Source of the DNA: Acidobacteriota bacterium
GTDB lineage: Bacteria; Acidobacteriota; Thermoanaerobaculia; Multivoradales; UBA5704
Direction of reading: 5' to 3'
NCBI GenBank assembly: GCA_040005235.1
Contig: JBDTZG010000004.1
Location: forward strand, 32,001 to 96,000
Length of the DNA stretch: 64,000 nt
A program made the position numbers and the translations under genes. Under the pieces are notes generated by a model that ran no database searches, was not told where the DNA came from, and worked only from the letters and a program-made list of their open reading frames with translations. Positions 28,799 to 39,703 of this stretch are shown one piece after another (position 1 is the stretch's first letter; the number at the start of each line of letters is the position of its first letter).

Positions 28799-30004
28799 AT
28801 GAGCTCGACCCCCGAAACCTCGCGCCCGCTGCTCTTGGAGGCGGCCACCTTCGCGCCGCCGAAAGACATCGCCGGGGTGAAATCCAAGGCGCTGATCGCC
28901 GGCGCGATCGGCTTGGTTCTCACCGCGATCGGCTTTTTCGTCAACCGGCCGGTGTTTTTCCGCGCCTATCTGCTCGCATGGGTCTTCTGCGTGGCGATCG
29001 CCCTCGGCTCGCTCGCGCTGTCGATGGTTCACCATCTGTCGCGGGGCGCCTGGGGCATCATGGCGCGGCGGATCTGGGAGGCCGCGGCCCGCACCCTGCC
29101 CCTCCTGCTCCTCCTCTCCCTGCCGTTGATGCTCGGCATGAAGGAGCTGTACGAATGGGCGCGGCCGGAAGCGGCGCACGATCCCATCCTGGTCGAAAAG
29201 TCGAGCTACCTGAATCCGACGTTCTTCTGGATTCGCCTGGTCGCCTACTTCCTGATCTGGATGCTTCTCGCCTGGCGGCTCGATCGTTTGTCGGTCGCCC
29301 AAGACCGCCGGGCCGATCCCGACCTGTTCCGCCGCATGCAACGGATCGCCGCGCCCGGCCTGGTGATCTACTGCCTGGTCTCGACGTTTGCCGCGGTCGA
29401 TTGGCTGATGTCGATCGAACCGCATTGGTTTTCGACCATCTACGGCGTCTACTTCTTCGGCGGCCATGCACTCTCCGCGATGGCGTTCCTGATCCTGGTG
29501 ACGCGCTGGCTCGCGAACCGCCCGCCGATGAACGAGCTGTTCAACCCGAACCATTTTCATGACTACGGCAAGTTGCTGTTCGCCTTCACCATGCTCTGGG
29601 CCTACTTTTCGTTCTCCCAGTTCCTGATCATCTGGTCGGGCAACCTGCCGGAAGAAACCTCGTGGTACGACCACCGCATCGCTCATGGCTGGGGTCCGCT
29701 CGCGCTCTTCGTCGCCCTTTGCCACTTCTTCGTGCCGTTCGGCCTGCTCCTATCCCGCGGCTTGAAGCGGCGACCGAAGGCGCTCGCCGCGGTGGCGGTC
29801 TGGATGCTGGTGATGCGCTACTTCGACTTCTTCTGGCAGGTCGAGCCGAGCTACCATCCGAACGGTCTCTATTTCCATTGGCTGTTCCCCGCGGCTCTCG
29901 TCGGCGTCTTCGGTCTCTGGCTCTGGGCGTTCCTGGGCCAGTTGCAGAAGCGTCCGCTGGTGCCGATCCATGAGCCGTATCTCTCGGAGGCTCTTCGCTC
30001 ATGA
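28799..30004 (+). CDS. actF: ACIII membrane subunit
   Basis: DWLMSIEPHWFSTIYG, WAY..FSQFLIIWSGNLPEE. Confidence 0.92.
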   Translation: MSSTPETSRPLLLEAATFAPPKDIAGVKSKALIAGAIGLVLTAIGFFVNRPVFFRAYLLAWVFCVAIALGSLALSMVHHLSRGAWGIMARRIWEAAARTLPLLLLLSLPLMLGMKELYEWARPEAAHDPILVEKSSYLNPTFFWIRLVAYFLIWMLLAWRLDRLSVAQDRRADPDLFRRMQRIAAPGLVIYCLVSTFAAVDWLMSIEPHWFSTIYGVYFFGGHALSAMAFLILVTRWLANRPPMNELFNPNHFHDYGKLLFAFTMLWAYFSFSQFLIIWSGNLPEETSWYDHRIAHGWGPLALFVALCHFFVPFGLLLSRGLKRRPKALAAVAVWMLVMRYFDFFWQVEPSYHPNGLYFHWLFPAALVGVFGLWLWAFLGQLQKRPLVPIHEPYLSEALRS

Positions 30005-30498
30005 CCAACCCGCACGGGCATTCGACCGATCCGTCCGGCGAGGCCACGGACAGCGAGCTGAACGTCAAGGCGATCGTCTACGCCGGGGTCGGAACCGTCG
30101 TCGTGACGCTCGTTTCGATGATCCTGGTCTTCTGGATGTTCCAAGGTTTCAAGAAGCTGGAGGACCGGGAAGACCCGAAGCCCTCCGCGCTCCCCGAAGC
30201 GGCGGAAAGGCAAGTGCCCCCCTCGCCGCGGCTGGAGCTCTCGCCGCCGGAGAACCTCAAAGAGCTGCGCGAGAGCGAGGCGACGGTGCTCGACGCCCCG
30301 TCGTGGATCGATCAGGCCCAGGGCAAAGTCCGTTTGCCGATCGATCTCGCGCTCGACGTCGTCGCGCGCCGCGGTCTGGGCGAGGCGCCGTCCGCCGAAG
30401 CCGCTCCGACCCCGGCGGAGACCCCCGCGGCGCCTGGCACCACGCCGGCGGCCGCCGATTCCACCGCTGCCGCCCCGCCGGCCGGAGGCGCGCATTGA
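30001..30498 (+). CDS. ACIII-associated small membrane subunit (ActG-like)
   Basis: Single TM, PP.PRL, W.D...G.VRLPID.A; lies between actF and SCO. Confidence 0.75.
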   Translation: MTNPHGHSTDPSGEATDSELNVKAIVYAGVGTVVVTLVSMILVFWMFQGFKKLEDREDPKPSALPEAAERQVPPSPRLELSPPENLKELRESEATVLDAPSWIDQAQGKVRLPIDLALDVVARRGLGEAPSAEAAPTPAETPAAPGTTPAAADSTAAAPPAGGAH

Positions 30499-31355
30499 GC
30501 CATTCCCGGCCAATTGCGAAGCCTGCGGCGCGTGCGGTGCGGATCGCCCTGCTCGCTCTACTTGCAGCGGGCGGCTCGGCGTCGGCGGGCCGGGCGCAGC
30601 TTTCGCCGCCCCCTCCCACCCAGCTGCCGCCGCAGCTCACCGGCGTGGGCTACGACCAGCGCCTGGGCGACCGGCTGCCGCTCTCGCTCGCGTTCAAAGA
30701 CGAGGCGGGCAAGGCGGTCCATCTGGGCGAATACTTTCAGAAGCGACCGGTGGTCTTCGCGCTCGCCTATTACAGCTGCCCGATGCTCTGCACCGTGGTG
30801 CTCGACGACCTCGCCTCGACGCTCAAAGCGGTGGGTCTCACTCCGGGCAAGGATTTCGACATCGTGGTCGCTAGCTTCGACCCGCGCGACACGCCGGGGG
30901 CGGCGGCCGAGACCAAGAACAAGGTGGTCGCCCGCTACGGCGACGAGGCGACGGCGCCGGCCTGGCACTTCCTCTCCGGCGACGAGGCATCGATCCGCCA
31001 GCTCACCCGCGCGGTCGGCTTCCGATATCAATGGGACGAGAAGACCCGGCAGTTCGCCCACGCGGCGGGGGTGATCGTGCTGACGCCCCAAGGCCAGATC
31101 TCGCGCTACTTTTACGGCATCGACTACCCCCCGCGCGACGTTCGGCTCGGCCTGGTCGAGGCGGCGTCGCTGCGGATTGGCACGGTGTCCGATCGCCTAT
31201 TGTTGTTCTGCTTTCACTACGATCCGGCCGTGGGCAAATACAGCGCCGCGACCTTCAACATCCTCCGCGTAGCAGCTGCGCTGACCCTCCTCGGCCTGGT
31301 GTCGATGATCGTCATCCTGCGGCGGCGGGAGATCAACTCGCTGAGGGCTGCGTGA
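30495..31355 (+). CDS. SCO family protein
   Basis: GYDQRLG, YYSCPMLC, WHFLSG, FAHAA; probable TTG start. Confidence 0.9.
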   Translation: MSHSRPIAKPAARAVRIALLALLAAGGSASAGRAQLSPPPPTQLPPQLTGVGYDQRLGDRLPLSLAFKDEAGKAVHLGEYFQKRPVVFALAYYSCPMLCTVVLDDLASTLKAVGLTPGKDFDIVVASFDPRDTPGAAAETKNKVVARYGDEATAPAWHFLSGDEASIRQLTRAVGFRYQWDEKTRQFAHAAGVIVLTPQGQISRYFYGIDYPPRDVRLGLVEAASLRIGTVSDRLLLFCFHYDPAVGKYSAATFNILRVAAALTLLGLVSMIVILRRREINSLRAA

Positions 31356-31357
31356 CC

Positions 31358-32353
31358 ATGCGGAGCGAGCTCCAACTCTTTCCCGATGCGGCGTCGAGCC
31401 TGGCCGGCCAGGTCGACGGCCTCTATCTCGTGTGGGCGGCGGTCAGCGTCTTCTTCTCGCTCCTGATCGCGGTGTTGCTGGTCTTCTTCTTCGTCAAATA
31501 CAAGCGCCGCAACGAAGACGACATCGGCCAAGAAGAGCGCGAGGCGCCGCTGCTCGAGATCGCCTGGTCGGTGATCCCGTTGCTCATCTGCCTGGTGATG
31601 TTCGTTTGGGGCACGCGCGTCTTTTTCGACATCTACCGGCCCCCCGGAAACGCCCAGGAATACTTCGCGGTCGGCAAGCAGTGGATGTGGAAGTTCCAGC
31701 ATCCGGAAGGGGTGCGGGAGATCAACGACCTCCACGTGCCGGTCGGCCAGGCGATCAAGGTGACGATGACCTCGGAGGACGTGATCCACAGCCTCTACGT
31801 GCCGGCGTTCCGCACCAAGCAGGACGCGGTGCCCGGGCGCTACACGACGCTCTGGTTCAAGGCGACCAAGGCGGGGACCTACCACTTGTTTTGCGCCGAG
31901 TACTGCGGCACCGAGCATTCCAGGATGATCGGCCACCTGATCGCGATGGAACCGCGCGATTACGAGCAATGGCTCAGCGGCAGCCCGGCGGGGAAGACCC
32001 CAGTCGCCTCCGGCGCTCAGCTGTTCGAAACCTTTGCCTGCAATACTTGCCATCGCGACGCCAAGGACCCGCGACCTGCGCGCGCGCCGCAGCTCGCCGG
32101 GCTCTACGGCCGAGACGTGACGTTCGCCGACGGCGGGAGCGCGAAGGCCGACGACACCTATCTGCGCGAGTCGATCCTCAATCCGGGCGCCAAGCTGGTC
32201 GCCGGCTGGCAGCCGATCATGCCGACGTTCCAGGGACAGATCAGTGAAGAACAGCTCGCCGCCCTGCTCGCCTACATCAAGTCTCTGGAAGGTACCCCAC
32301 AGCAGGCTTCGGCCGACGGCAACGGCGCCGCAGCCGACCGAGGGACGCTATGA
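31358..32353 (+). CDS. coxB: Cytochrome c oxidase subunit II with fused cytochrome c (caa3)
   Basis: QWMW, DVIHS and [12 protein letters not shown] (CuA), plus C-terminal CNTCH. Confidence 0.95.
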   Translation: MRSELQLFPDAASSLAGQVDGLYLVWAAVSVFFSLLIAVLLVFFFVKYKRRNEDDIGQEEREAPLLEIAWSVIPLLICLVMFVWGTRVFFDIYRPPGNAQEYFAVGKQWMWKFQHPEGVREINDLHVPVGQAIKVTMTSEDVIHSLYVPAFRTKQDAVPGRYTTLWFKATKAGTYHLFCAEYCGTEHSRMIGHLIAMEPRDYEQWLSGSPAGKTPVASGAQLFETFACNTCHRDAKDPRPARAPQLAGLYGRDVTFADGGSAKADDTYLRESILNPGAKLVAGWQPIMPTFQGQISEEQLAALLAYIKSLEGTPQQASADGNGAAADRGTL

Positions 32354-34008
32354 GTCACGCAGTCTCGACCGACATCCACGCTCCCAGCTCGGGTACCAAC
32401 TACCTGAACAACGGCTATGGCCTGCGCTCCTGGCTCCTGACCCGGGACCATAAGCGGATCGCGATCCTCTATCTGATCTCGGTCAGCGTGTTCTTCTTCA
32501 TCGGCGGCATCATGGCGATGCTGATCCGCCTGGAGCTGCTGACTCCCGAGGGCGACCTGCTCCAGGCCGACACCTACAACCGGGTGTTTTCGATGCACGG
32601 GATCTCGATGGTGTTCTTCTTCTTGATCCCGGCGATCCCGGCGGTTCTCGGCAATTTCCTGGTGCCGCTGATGATCGGCGCCAAAGACCTGGCTTTTCCG
32701 CGGATCAACCTGCTCTCCTGGTACCTCTACATCACCGGCGGAGCCTTCACGCTCTGGGCGATGATCCACGGCGGAGTCGACACCGGCTGGACGTTCTACA
32801 CCCCGCTCTCGACCCAATACGCGCAGGGCCAGGTGATGATGGCGGCGCTCGGGGTGTTCATTGCCGGATTCTCCTCGATCCTCACCGGCCTCAACTTCGT
32901 CGTCACGATCCATCGCATGCGGGCGCCGGGGATGACCTGGTTCCGGATGCCGCTGTTCATCTGGTCGCACTACGCGACCAGCCTGATCATGCTGCTCGGC
33001 ACGCCGGTGATCGCGGTGACGATCCTGATGGTCGCGGCCGAGCGCGCGCTGCACCTCGGGCTGTTCGATCCGCGGCTGGGCGGCGACCCGGTGCTGTTCC
33101 AGCACCTGTTCTGGTTCTACTCCCACCCGGCGGTCTACATCATGGTGCTGCCCGCGATGGGGGTGGTCTCCGAGCTGATCGCGGCGTTCTCGCGCAAACC
33201 GGTTTTCGGCTACAAGATCGTTGCGGTCGCCTCGATCGCGATCGCGGTGCTCGGCTTCCTGGTCTGGGGCCACCACATGTTCGTCTCCGGCCAATCGATC
33301 TACGCCTCGACGGTATTCTCCTTGCTTTCCATGCTGGTCGCGATCCCCTCGGCGGTCAAAGTGTTCAACTGGACCGCGACGCTCTACGAGGGTTCGGTCA
33401 GTTGGGATACGCCGATGCTCTACGCTCTGGGATTCATCGGCCTGTTCACGATCGGTGGCCTGACCGGCGTCATGATCGCCACTCTCGGCATCGATGTCCA
33501 CCTGCACGACACCTATTTCATCGTCGCGCACTTCCACTACGTGATGGTCGGCGGAACGATCATGGCGTACTTGGGTGGCCTTCACTACTGGTGGCCGAAG
33601 ATCACCGGCCGCAAGTACAAGCCCTTCTGGGCCAAAGTCTCGGCGATGCTCGTGTTCGTCGGCTTCAACCTGACGTTCTTCCCGCAGTTCCTGCTCGGCT
33701 ACATGGGCATGCCGCGCCGCTACTGGAGCTACGCGCCGGAGTTTCAGGTGCTGAACGTTTTGTCGACCGCGGGCGCCTCGATCCTCGCGCTCGGCTACCT
33801 GCTGCCAGCGATCTATTTAACCTGGTCGATGCGCTACGGCGAGAAGGCGGAAGACAATCCGTGGGGCGCGGTCGGCCTTGAATGGCAGACCAGCTCGCCG
33901 CCGCCGACGTTCAATTTCCACGAAACCCCGATCGTCACCCACGACGCCTACGACTACCAACACCAGCGGCCGACGATCGCTGCCAAAGGGGAGGCCTCCC
34001 TTGGTTAA
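32350..34008 (+). CDS. coxA: Cytochrome c oxidase subunit I, A2 type
   Basis: [20 protein letters not shown] (YS motif of A2 enzymes), WGHHM, HFH. Confidence 0.97.
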   Translation: MSHAVSTDIHAPSSGTNYLNNGYGLRSWLLTRDHKRIAILYLISVSVFFFIGGIMAMLIRLELLTPEGDLLQADTYNRVFSMHGISMVFFFLIPAIPAVLGNFLVPLMIGAKDLAFPRINLLSWYLYITGGAFTLWAMIHGGVDTGWTFYTPLSTQYAQGQVMMAALGVFIAGFSSILTGLNFVVTIHRMRAPGMTWFRMPLFIWSHYATSLIMLLGTPVIAVTILMVAAERALHLGLFDPRLGGDPVLFQHLFWFYSHPAVYIMVLPAMGVVSELIAAFSRKPVFGYKIVAVASIAIAVLGFLVWGHHMFVSGQSIYASTVFSLLSMLVAIPSAVKVFNWTATLYEGSVSWDTPMLYALGFIGLFTIGGLTGVMIATLGIDVHLHDTYFIVAHFHYVMVGGTIMAYLGGLHYWWPKITGRKYKPFWAKVSAMLVFVGFNLTFFPQFLLGYMGMPRRYWSYAPEFQVLNVLSTAGASILALGYLLPAIYLTWSMRYGEKAEDNPWGAVGLEWQTSSPPPTFNFHETPIVTHDAYDYQHQRPTIAAKGEASLG

Positions 34009-34702
34009 TCCGGCGCCGGGCCAGGCAAGCGCCGGGGTCGCGGGACACGACGCGCACCCCGCGCTGCAGCATCACTTCGACACGCTCGAACAGCAGAAGG
34101 AATCCTCCTCGCTCGGCATGTGGATGTTCCTGGTCACCGAGGTTCTGTTCTTCGGCGGCCTGTTTGTCACCTACGTGCTCTATCGGCTGCGCTTCCCCGG
34201 TGTTTTCGCCGAGGCGAGCCACCACTTGAACGTGCCGATGGGCGCGCTCAACACGGCGGTTCTGATCTGTTCGTCGCTCACCATGGCTCTCGCGATCTAT
34301 GCCGCGCAGGTCAACAAGAAGAAGGCGATCGTCCCCTGGCTGATCGCCACCATTCTGCTCGGCGCCACATTCCTGGTGATCAAAGCGTTCGAGTACAAGG
34401 AGAAGTTCGCCCATCACCTGGTGCCGGGGCCGAACTTTGACCTCTCGCTGTTCACCCCGGATCACGCGCGGCCGGCCGAGATGTTCTTCTCGCTCTACTT
34501 CGTGATGACCGGCGTCCATGCGCTGCACATGATCATCGGCATCGGCTTGCTCTCCTGGCTGGTCGTTCAGTCGCGGAAGGGGCGGTTCGACTCGACGTAC
34601 TACAACCCGCTCGAAATGACCGGCCTGTACTGGCACTTCGTCGACATCGTCTGGATTTTCCTCTTTCCGCTCCTTTACCTGCTCGGCTACCACGCGCGCT
34701 GA
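34001..34702 (+). CDS. coxC: Cytochrome c oxidase subunit III
   Basis: [35 protein letters not shown]. Confidence 0.95.
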   Translation: MVNPAPGQASAGVAGHDAHPALQHHFDTLEQQKESSSLGMWMFLVTEVLFFGGLFVTYVLYRLRFPGVFAEASHHLNVPMGALNTAVLICSSLTMALAIYAAQVNKKKAIVPWLIATILLGATFLVIKAFEYKEKFAHHLVPGPNFDLSLFTPDHARPAEMFFSLYFVMTGVHALHMIIGIGLLSWLVVQSRKGRFDSTYYNPLEMTGLYWHFVDIVWIFLFPLLYLLGYHAR

Positions 34703-34722
34703 ACCGGCCGGGAGACCGCGAA

Positions 34723-35148
34723 ATGTCAGAACATCAGCCTTCCCTCCGGCCGTACATCCTGGTCTTCCTCGCCTTGATGGTGCTCACCGCGGCGACCGTC
34801 CTGGTGGCGAAGTTCGACCTCGGCGCCGCCAACGACATCGTGGCTCTGGTGATCGCGGTGACCAAGGCGACCCTGGTCGTCCTGTTCTTCATGCACGTCA
34901 AATACAGCACGCGTCTCACCAAGCTGACGGTGATCGGTTCGGTGCTCTGGCTCGCGTTCCTGATCGGCGTGACGATGATGGACTACGCCTCTCGCCGCAT
35001 GTCGGACGAGGTGCGCGGCGCTCCGTACGAAGCGCCGGGCCGCGGTTCGGCGGGACAGTTGGGAGATGTTGGAGGGCCGGGAGGGCCGACCGATCCGGTG
35101 TCCTCCACGGCCACCCCGGCTGGATCGGTCGCTCCTGATGGCGAATAA
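34723..35148 (+). CDS. coxD: Cytochrome c oxidase subunit IV (caa3-type)
   Basis: LMVLT..T, IAVTKATLVVLFFMHVK. Confidence 0.9.
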   Translation: MSEHQPSLRPYILVFLALMVLTAATVLVAKFDLGAANDIVALVIAVTKATLVVLFFMHVKYSTRLTKLTVIGSVLWLAFLIGVTMMDYASRRMSDEVRGAPYEAPGRGSAGQLGDVGGPGGPTDPVSSTATPAGSVAPDGE

Positions 35149-35713
35149 AGGAACGCAACGCGGCAACCGCCGCAACGAGTCGCCGCTCGATCTGTTCCTC
35201 GAGCTGCAGACTCTCGATCGGGTCCCGCGCAGCGGCTTCGTGTTGCGCGGCGTCCCGGATCCCGAAAGCGTAACCGAGCACAGCTTCCACGTCGTCTTTC
35301 TGGTTTGGGCTCTCGGCCCCCGCATTCCGGGTCTCGACCTGTTGCGGGCGGTGGGTATCGCCTTGGTCCACGATCTGGCGGAGATCCGCGTCGGCGACCT
35401 GCCGCGAACGGCAGCGCCCTATTTTCCCGAAGGGGCCAAGAAAGCCGCGGAATCGCTCGCGATGGACGACATTCTGGCACCGCTGCCGGCCGAAACCCGC
35501 GCGCTCTACGAGGAATACGAGCGGGGCGAGAGCGCCGAGGCGCGGCTGGTCAAAGCGTGCGACAAGCTGCAATTGATGCTCAAGGTTTCGGTCTACGAGA
35601 GCTGGCACCAGGGCGCGCTCGCCGAGTTCTGGGACCATCCCGACAACTTCCCCGATCCGGGCTTCACCGAGGTTCGAGCGGTTTTCGATGAGCTGATCGC
35701 ACGCGTAAGGTAA
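35138..35713 (+). CDS. HD-domain hydrolase (YfbR/HD_3-like)
   Basis: RSGF, ESVTEHS, HDLAE...GD, EA.LVK.CDKL. Confidence 0.88.
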   Translation: MANKGTQRGNRRNESPLDLFLELQTLDRVPRSGFVLRGVPDPESVTEHSFHVVFLVWALGPRIPGLDLLRAVGIALVHDLAEIRVGDLPRTAAPYFPEGAKKAAESLAMDDILAPLPAETRALYEEYERGESAEARLVKACDKLQLMLKVSVYESWHQGALAEFWDHPDNFPDPGFTEVRAVFDELIARVR

Positions 35714-35782
35714 AGTGGCGCGGTACCGATTCGGACCGCGCCGAGGTCCCGCCCCGGCGCCTCTCTTTAAAGGAGTCGCCCT

Positions 35783-36550
35783 ATGCTTACCCGCCGTGAA
35801 GTTCTCGTAGGTTCGGTCGTTGCCGCAGGAACCGCGGGCACCCTCCTTTCCGCCCGATTTGCCGGTGCCCAGGGAACCATGATGCCTCCTACGGCCGCCC
35901 CGACCGCCGCTCCCGCCGCGGCGCCGGCCCCCACCGGCCCGTTCACCCTGCCGAAGCTTCCGTACGCCTACGACGCGCTCGAACCGAACATCGACGCGCA
36001 GACCATGACGATCCATCACGACAAGCATCACGCGACCTACGTCGCGAAGCTGAACGCCGCGGTGGAAGGCAAACCGGAGCTGGCCGGCAAGACGGTCGAG
36101 CAACTGGTGAGCAACCTGGCCGCGGTGCCCGAGTCGGTGCGGACCGCGGTGCGGAATCACGGCGGCGGCCATGCGAACCACAGCCTGTTCTGGCAGATCA
36201 TGGCGCCGGGCGCGCCGAGCAAGCCCTCGGGAGATCTCGCCAAGGCGATCGACAAGACGTTCGGCTCGTACGACAAATTCGCCGAGCAACTTTCGACATC
36301 GGCCGCCGGGGTTTTCGGCAGCGGCTGGGCTTGGCTCTCGGTCGGAAAAGACAAGGCGCTTGGCCTCACGACGACGCCGAACCAGGACAACCCCTGGATG
36401 GAAGGGAAGACCCCGCTGCTCGGCATCGACGTCTGGGAGCACGCCTATTACCTCAAGTACCAGAACCGCCGGCCCGACTACATCGCCGCCTGGCTCAAGG
36501 TCATCAACTGGGATTTCATCTCGGGTGAGTACAAAAAGGCGTTGGCCTGA
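35783..36550 (+). CDS. sodA: Mn/Fe superoxide dismutase with Tat signal
   Basis: TRREVL Tat motif; [36 protein letters not shown]. Confidence 0.93.
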   Translation: MLTRREVLVGSVVAAGTAGTLLSARFAGAQGTMMPPTAAPTAAPAAAPAPTGPFTLPKLPYAYDALEPNIDAQTMTIHHDKHHATYVAKLNAAVEGKPELAGKTVEQLVSNLAAVPESVRTAVRNHGGGHANHSLFWQIMAPGAPSKPSGDLAKAIDKTFGSYDKFAEQLSTSAAGVFGSGWAWLSVGKDKALGLTTTPNQDNPWMEGKTPLLGIDVWEHAYYLKYQNRRPDYIAAWLKVINWDFISGEYKKALA

Positions 36551-36569
36551 GGGGCATTCATAGGGCGGG

Positions 36570-36623
36570 CCTACAGCCCTAGGAATCAGTTGCTTTGTCG
36601 TTAACCTAGGGCAACGCCCTAGG
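36570..36623. repeat. REP-like short palindromes
   Basis: TAGGGC...GCCCTA and CCTAGGGCAACGCCCTAGG. Confidence 0.45.
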
Positions 36624-36712
36624 TACCCGTTCGGCCGGGGGGCTCTAGGCGCCAGATCGAACTGAAGGTTCCGATCTGGCGCCCCGCGGGATCGAACACC
36701 GGTCCCGAGCTA
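36624..36712 (-). pseudogene. NTF2-like (DUF4440) C-terminal fragment
   Basis: SSGPVFDPAGRQIGTFSSIWRLEP with no 5' part. Confidence 0.45.
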
Positions 36713-36734
36713 ACCATTTTTCTTGGGAAGAAGG

Positions 36735-37409
36735 CTATCGGGTCCGCCCAATGAAGATCGAATGCCGCCGCCGACTGCCCGGCCGTGCGGCGACGCGCTC
36801 GGTGCGGACTTTGAATCCCGCCCGCTCCATCCGCTGCACGAATTCCGGCGACGGCTCGGCCGACCAGATCGCGAGCACTCCGCCGGGCGTGAGGCTCTGG
36901 CGCAGTCGATCGAGACCGTTGGCAGAATAGAGGTGCTCGTTTGACGGCAGGGTGAACGCCCAAGGGCCGTTGTCGACGTCGAGCAGAATCGCGTCGAAGC
37001 GCTCGGGCCGGGCGAGTAAGGTCCGCACGTCCCCCTGGACCGCGGTGACTCGGGGGTCTTCAAGCGGCCGGCCGGCTAGATCACCTGCCCCGATTTCTGG
37101 GTCGTGGTGCGCCGCGAGCAGGAACGCGAACAGCTCGCTGATCACGACCTTCGCGGATTTCGGCAGGTGATCGAGCGCCGCTCGAAGCGTATATCCGAAG
37201 CCGAGACCTCCGACCAGCACGCGCGGCGCCGGTCGGCCGTCGATGTCCGCCAGGGCTAGCTGCGCGAGCTGCCGCTCGGATTCGAACTGGCGGCTGGCCA
37301 TCAGCTCCTGGCCGTCCAGGCTCAGGCGGAAGACGCCGTCCCGGCGGGTGAGGATCAACTCGGCGCCGTCCGGGAGGGTTTCCCTAGCGAGGGTTTCAGT
37401 CGGCTTCAT
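36735..37409 (-). CDS. Spermidine synthase-like SAM-dependent methyltransferase
   Basis: ELMAS, VLVGGLGFGYTLRAAL, FDAILLDVDNGP. Confidence 0.85.
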   Translation of the reverse strand: MKPTETLARETLPDGAELILTRRDGVFRLSLDGQELMASRQFESERQLAQLALADIDGRPAPRVLVGGLGFGYTLRAALDHLPKSAKVVISELFAFLLAAHHDPEIGAGDLAGRPLEDPRVTAVQGDVRTLLARPERFDAILLDVDNGPWAFTLPSNEHLYSANGLDRLRQSLTPGGVLAIWSAEPSPEFVQRMERAGFKVRTERVAARPGSRRRHSIFIGRTR

Positions 37410-37416
37410 GGCCGGT

Positions 37417-37950
37417 TCATCCGATCAGGTAGCGCTCCTTGAGCACCGCGAAATGGTGCCGGGCATGGCCGAGCATCACGTGAGCGAGAGCCCGAACGCT
37501 CACCGGTCTGCCGTTTGCGGTGCCGAGGCGCGTCCAAGCCTCGGCGGGCAGGTGCTGGAACATCAAAACGTGGCCGCTCCGGACGGTGAGGAACTCCTCG
37601 ATCAACTCTTCGAGCGGTACGTTGCCGTGGCCGGAGGCGTTTGCCCAATCGTTCTCCTCGAAGCCCGGCAGCGGGGACGGGTCCTGGCGCGCGAACCAGA
37701 GCGCGCGGAAACCCATCACCCGTTCGCCGTCGATCATGTGACCGAGTAACTCGCGCGGCGTCCACTTGTCCGGCGCGTAGCGAAAATCCACCTTGTGCTT
37801 CGGTAAGCCGAGGAAAGTCGTCGAGACGGTATCGGCCTGCGCGGCGAGCGCGCCGAGGAGGTCCTCTTCCGTGGCGCGATCGATGTAGCTGGCGTAAAAC
37901 GGCGCGTATTCGTCCGGGCCGGGGCGGCCGATGATTACAGCGTTGGGCAT
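37417..37950 (-). CDS. DinB family protein
   Basis: EYAPFY..YI, YAPDKWT, GHMIDGER, LPGFEEN, GHARHH. Confidence 0.88.
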   Translation of the reverse strand: MPNAVIIGRPGPDEYAPFYASYIDRATEEDLLGALAAQADTVSTTFLGLPKHKVDFRYAPDKWTPRELLGHMIDGERVMGFRALWFARQDPSPLPGFEENDWANASGHGNVPLEELIEEFLTVRSGHVLMFQHLPAEAWTRLGTANGRPVSVRALAHVMLGHARHHFAVLKERYLIG

Positions 37951-37990
37951 TTCGAAGGGTCTCCTGGAAAAGGCGGCAAGAATCGAGGGT

Positions 37991-38485
37991 TTAGCCCGCT
38001 TCCCGCAGCCGCTTGAGCAGCTGAATCTGCCCCGCATGGTACAGGTCGTGTGCGGCGACACCCACCGCGATGTCGAACATCAGCCTTTTTCGGCCGCGCG
38101 CCTGACCAGCGAGCTCCTTGGGGGATAGGTCGGCGATCGCGGAGCGCAAGCTCTTGTGCATCGAGGCGAGGACCTCAAGATCCGCGATCCACGCGCGCTC
38201 GACGGGCTCGGACGACGCCGGATCGGGTCGTGGGAAGAAATCCGCGCCGGGATAGGGAAACGTGCCCTTCGGCTCGCCGAGCATCTGACGCCGGGCGCTG
38301 TATTTCCAATACGCGCAGTGGACCACCAGCTCCCAGATATTGTGCCTTCCGGGGGCCGGGCGCCAAGCGGCCTCTTCCGCCGTGATGCCGCGCAACGAGC
38401 CGCGCAGGTTCGTGCCGTGCCACGATTTCCGGTCGTACGCCTGGTCGATCGAGACGAGAAGTTGGGCGATAGGATCGTTGGCCAT
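37991..38485 (-). CDS. DinB family protein
   Basis: SWHG, HNIWELVVH...W, HDLYHAGQI. Confidence 0.88.
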   Translation of the reverse strand: MANDPIAQLLVSIDQAYDRKSWHGTNLRGSLRGITAEEAAWRPAPGRHNIWELVVHCAYWKYSARRQMLGEPKGTFPYPGADFFPRPDPASSEPVERAWIADLEVLASMHKSLRSAIADLSPKELAGQARGRKRLMFDIAVGVAAHDLYHAGQIQLLKRLREAG

Positions 38486-38607
38486 GGCGGCAAATCTACC
38501 AAATCGCCAGACCTTTTAATGTCTGGCTGTCGCCCTTTGGACCAGCGGCTATGATCGGGAAGGCCGGCATCCTGTCAACGCTCCGCCGGTCGTCAGGAGG
38601 ATCTGTC

Positions 38608-39069
38608 ATGAGCAACGTTCGATCCGATGACCGCGGCCTGATCGTCACCTGCCCCTCTTGCGGCAAAGCGAACCGGCTGGCCTTCGACCACCTCGGGCAA
38701 GCTTCGCGCTGTGGACAGTGCCATGCCGAGATCTCCGCCCCGGGAGAGCCCTTCGCGGTCGACTCGGCGGCGCACTTCGACGCCCTGGTCGGCAAGGCGA
38801 GCCTCCCCGTCCTGGTCGATTACTGGGCCGCCTGGTGCGGCCCCTGCCGCACCGTGGCGCCGGAGCTCGAAAAGGTGGCCCAAAGGAACGCCGGACGTTG
38901 GCTGGTCGCGAAGGTCGATACCGAAGCGGTCCCCGACCTCGCGGCGCGAGCCCGCATTCAGTCGATTCCAACCCTCGCCGTCTGGAAATCCGGCCAGGAA
39001 GCGGCCCGCACCGCCGGCGCGATGCCCGCGGAGCGGATCGAGGCGTTTGTTCGCGGTGCGGTGGGGTAA
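38608..39069 (+). CDS. trxC: Thioredoxin 2 (Zn-finger thioredoxin)
   Basis: CPSC...CGQC followed by WCGPC. Confidence 0.9.
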   Translation: MSNVRSDDRGLIVTCPSCGKANRLAFDHLGQASRCGQCHAEISAPGEPFAVDSAAHFDALVGKASLPVLVDYWAAWCGPCRTVAPELEKVAQRNAGRWLVAKVDTEAVPDLAARARIQSIPTLAVWKSGQEAARTAGAMPAERIEAFVRGAVG

Positions 39070-39078
39070 CTTCAGCCG

Positions 39079-39585
39079 CTATCCGAAGCTCGGGTCATCC
39101 GCCGTCGGCCCGTAGATCGACGGTACCGGCAGGTCATTCAGCCGGAGATAGACGGTCAACTGTCCGCGGTGGTGAGCCAGGTGGGTAAACGTGTCGGCGA
39201 TCGCCTCGTACCGCGGTTGTTCCATCTTCACCTCGCCCGCCGACAGCAACCTCCACGGCGTCAGCAAATGCTCGTCGTCGGTGTTGCCGAGGGCTTCCTG
39301 GGCCTTGGCGACCGATGCATCCAGCAGCGCGAGGAGTTCCTGATTCGTGCCGGGCGCGGCAGGTCTCTTTCCGCCAGCCTTGGGTTTGACGTCCAGCTCG
39401 TCCTCAGAAACGATCCTGGCAATCCATTCCGGGATCATCCCGACCAACGTTGACAGATAGCCGAGAGGCATCGACTTCTCGTGCGGTTTCCAATCCGGAC
39501 GTCCTTCGGGCACGCGTTCCAGCGCCCGGCGCGATTTCGCGGCTTCTCGTTCCAGCTGCGCCAAAAACAGTTCGGTCATTTTCAT
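39079..39585 (-). CDS. DinB family protein
   Basis: WKPHEKSM.LG.L, H.AHHRGQLTVYLRL...VPSIYGP.AD. Confidence 0.9.
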   Translation of the reverse strand: MKMTELFLAQLEREAAKSRRALERVPEGRPDWKPHEKSMPLGYLSTLVGMIPEWIARIVSEDELDVKPKAGGKRPAAPGTNQELLALLDASVAKAQEALGNTDDEHLLTPWRLLSAGEVKMEQPRYEAIADTFTHLAHHRGQLTVYLRLNDLPVPSIYGPTADDPSFG

Positions 39586-39703
39586 CGTCGGCATCTCCTT
39601 CCGGTATTCGCCGATAGGCCGCCTCTGCCCCCTGGGGGGAGTCGAAGCGGGAACGGCGCCGATCAGGTCAAATGCGAGACGCATGCCCGAATCTTGCCGA
39701 ACC

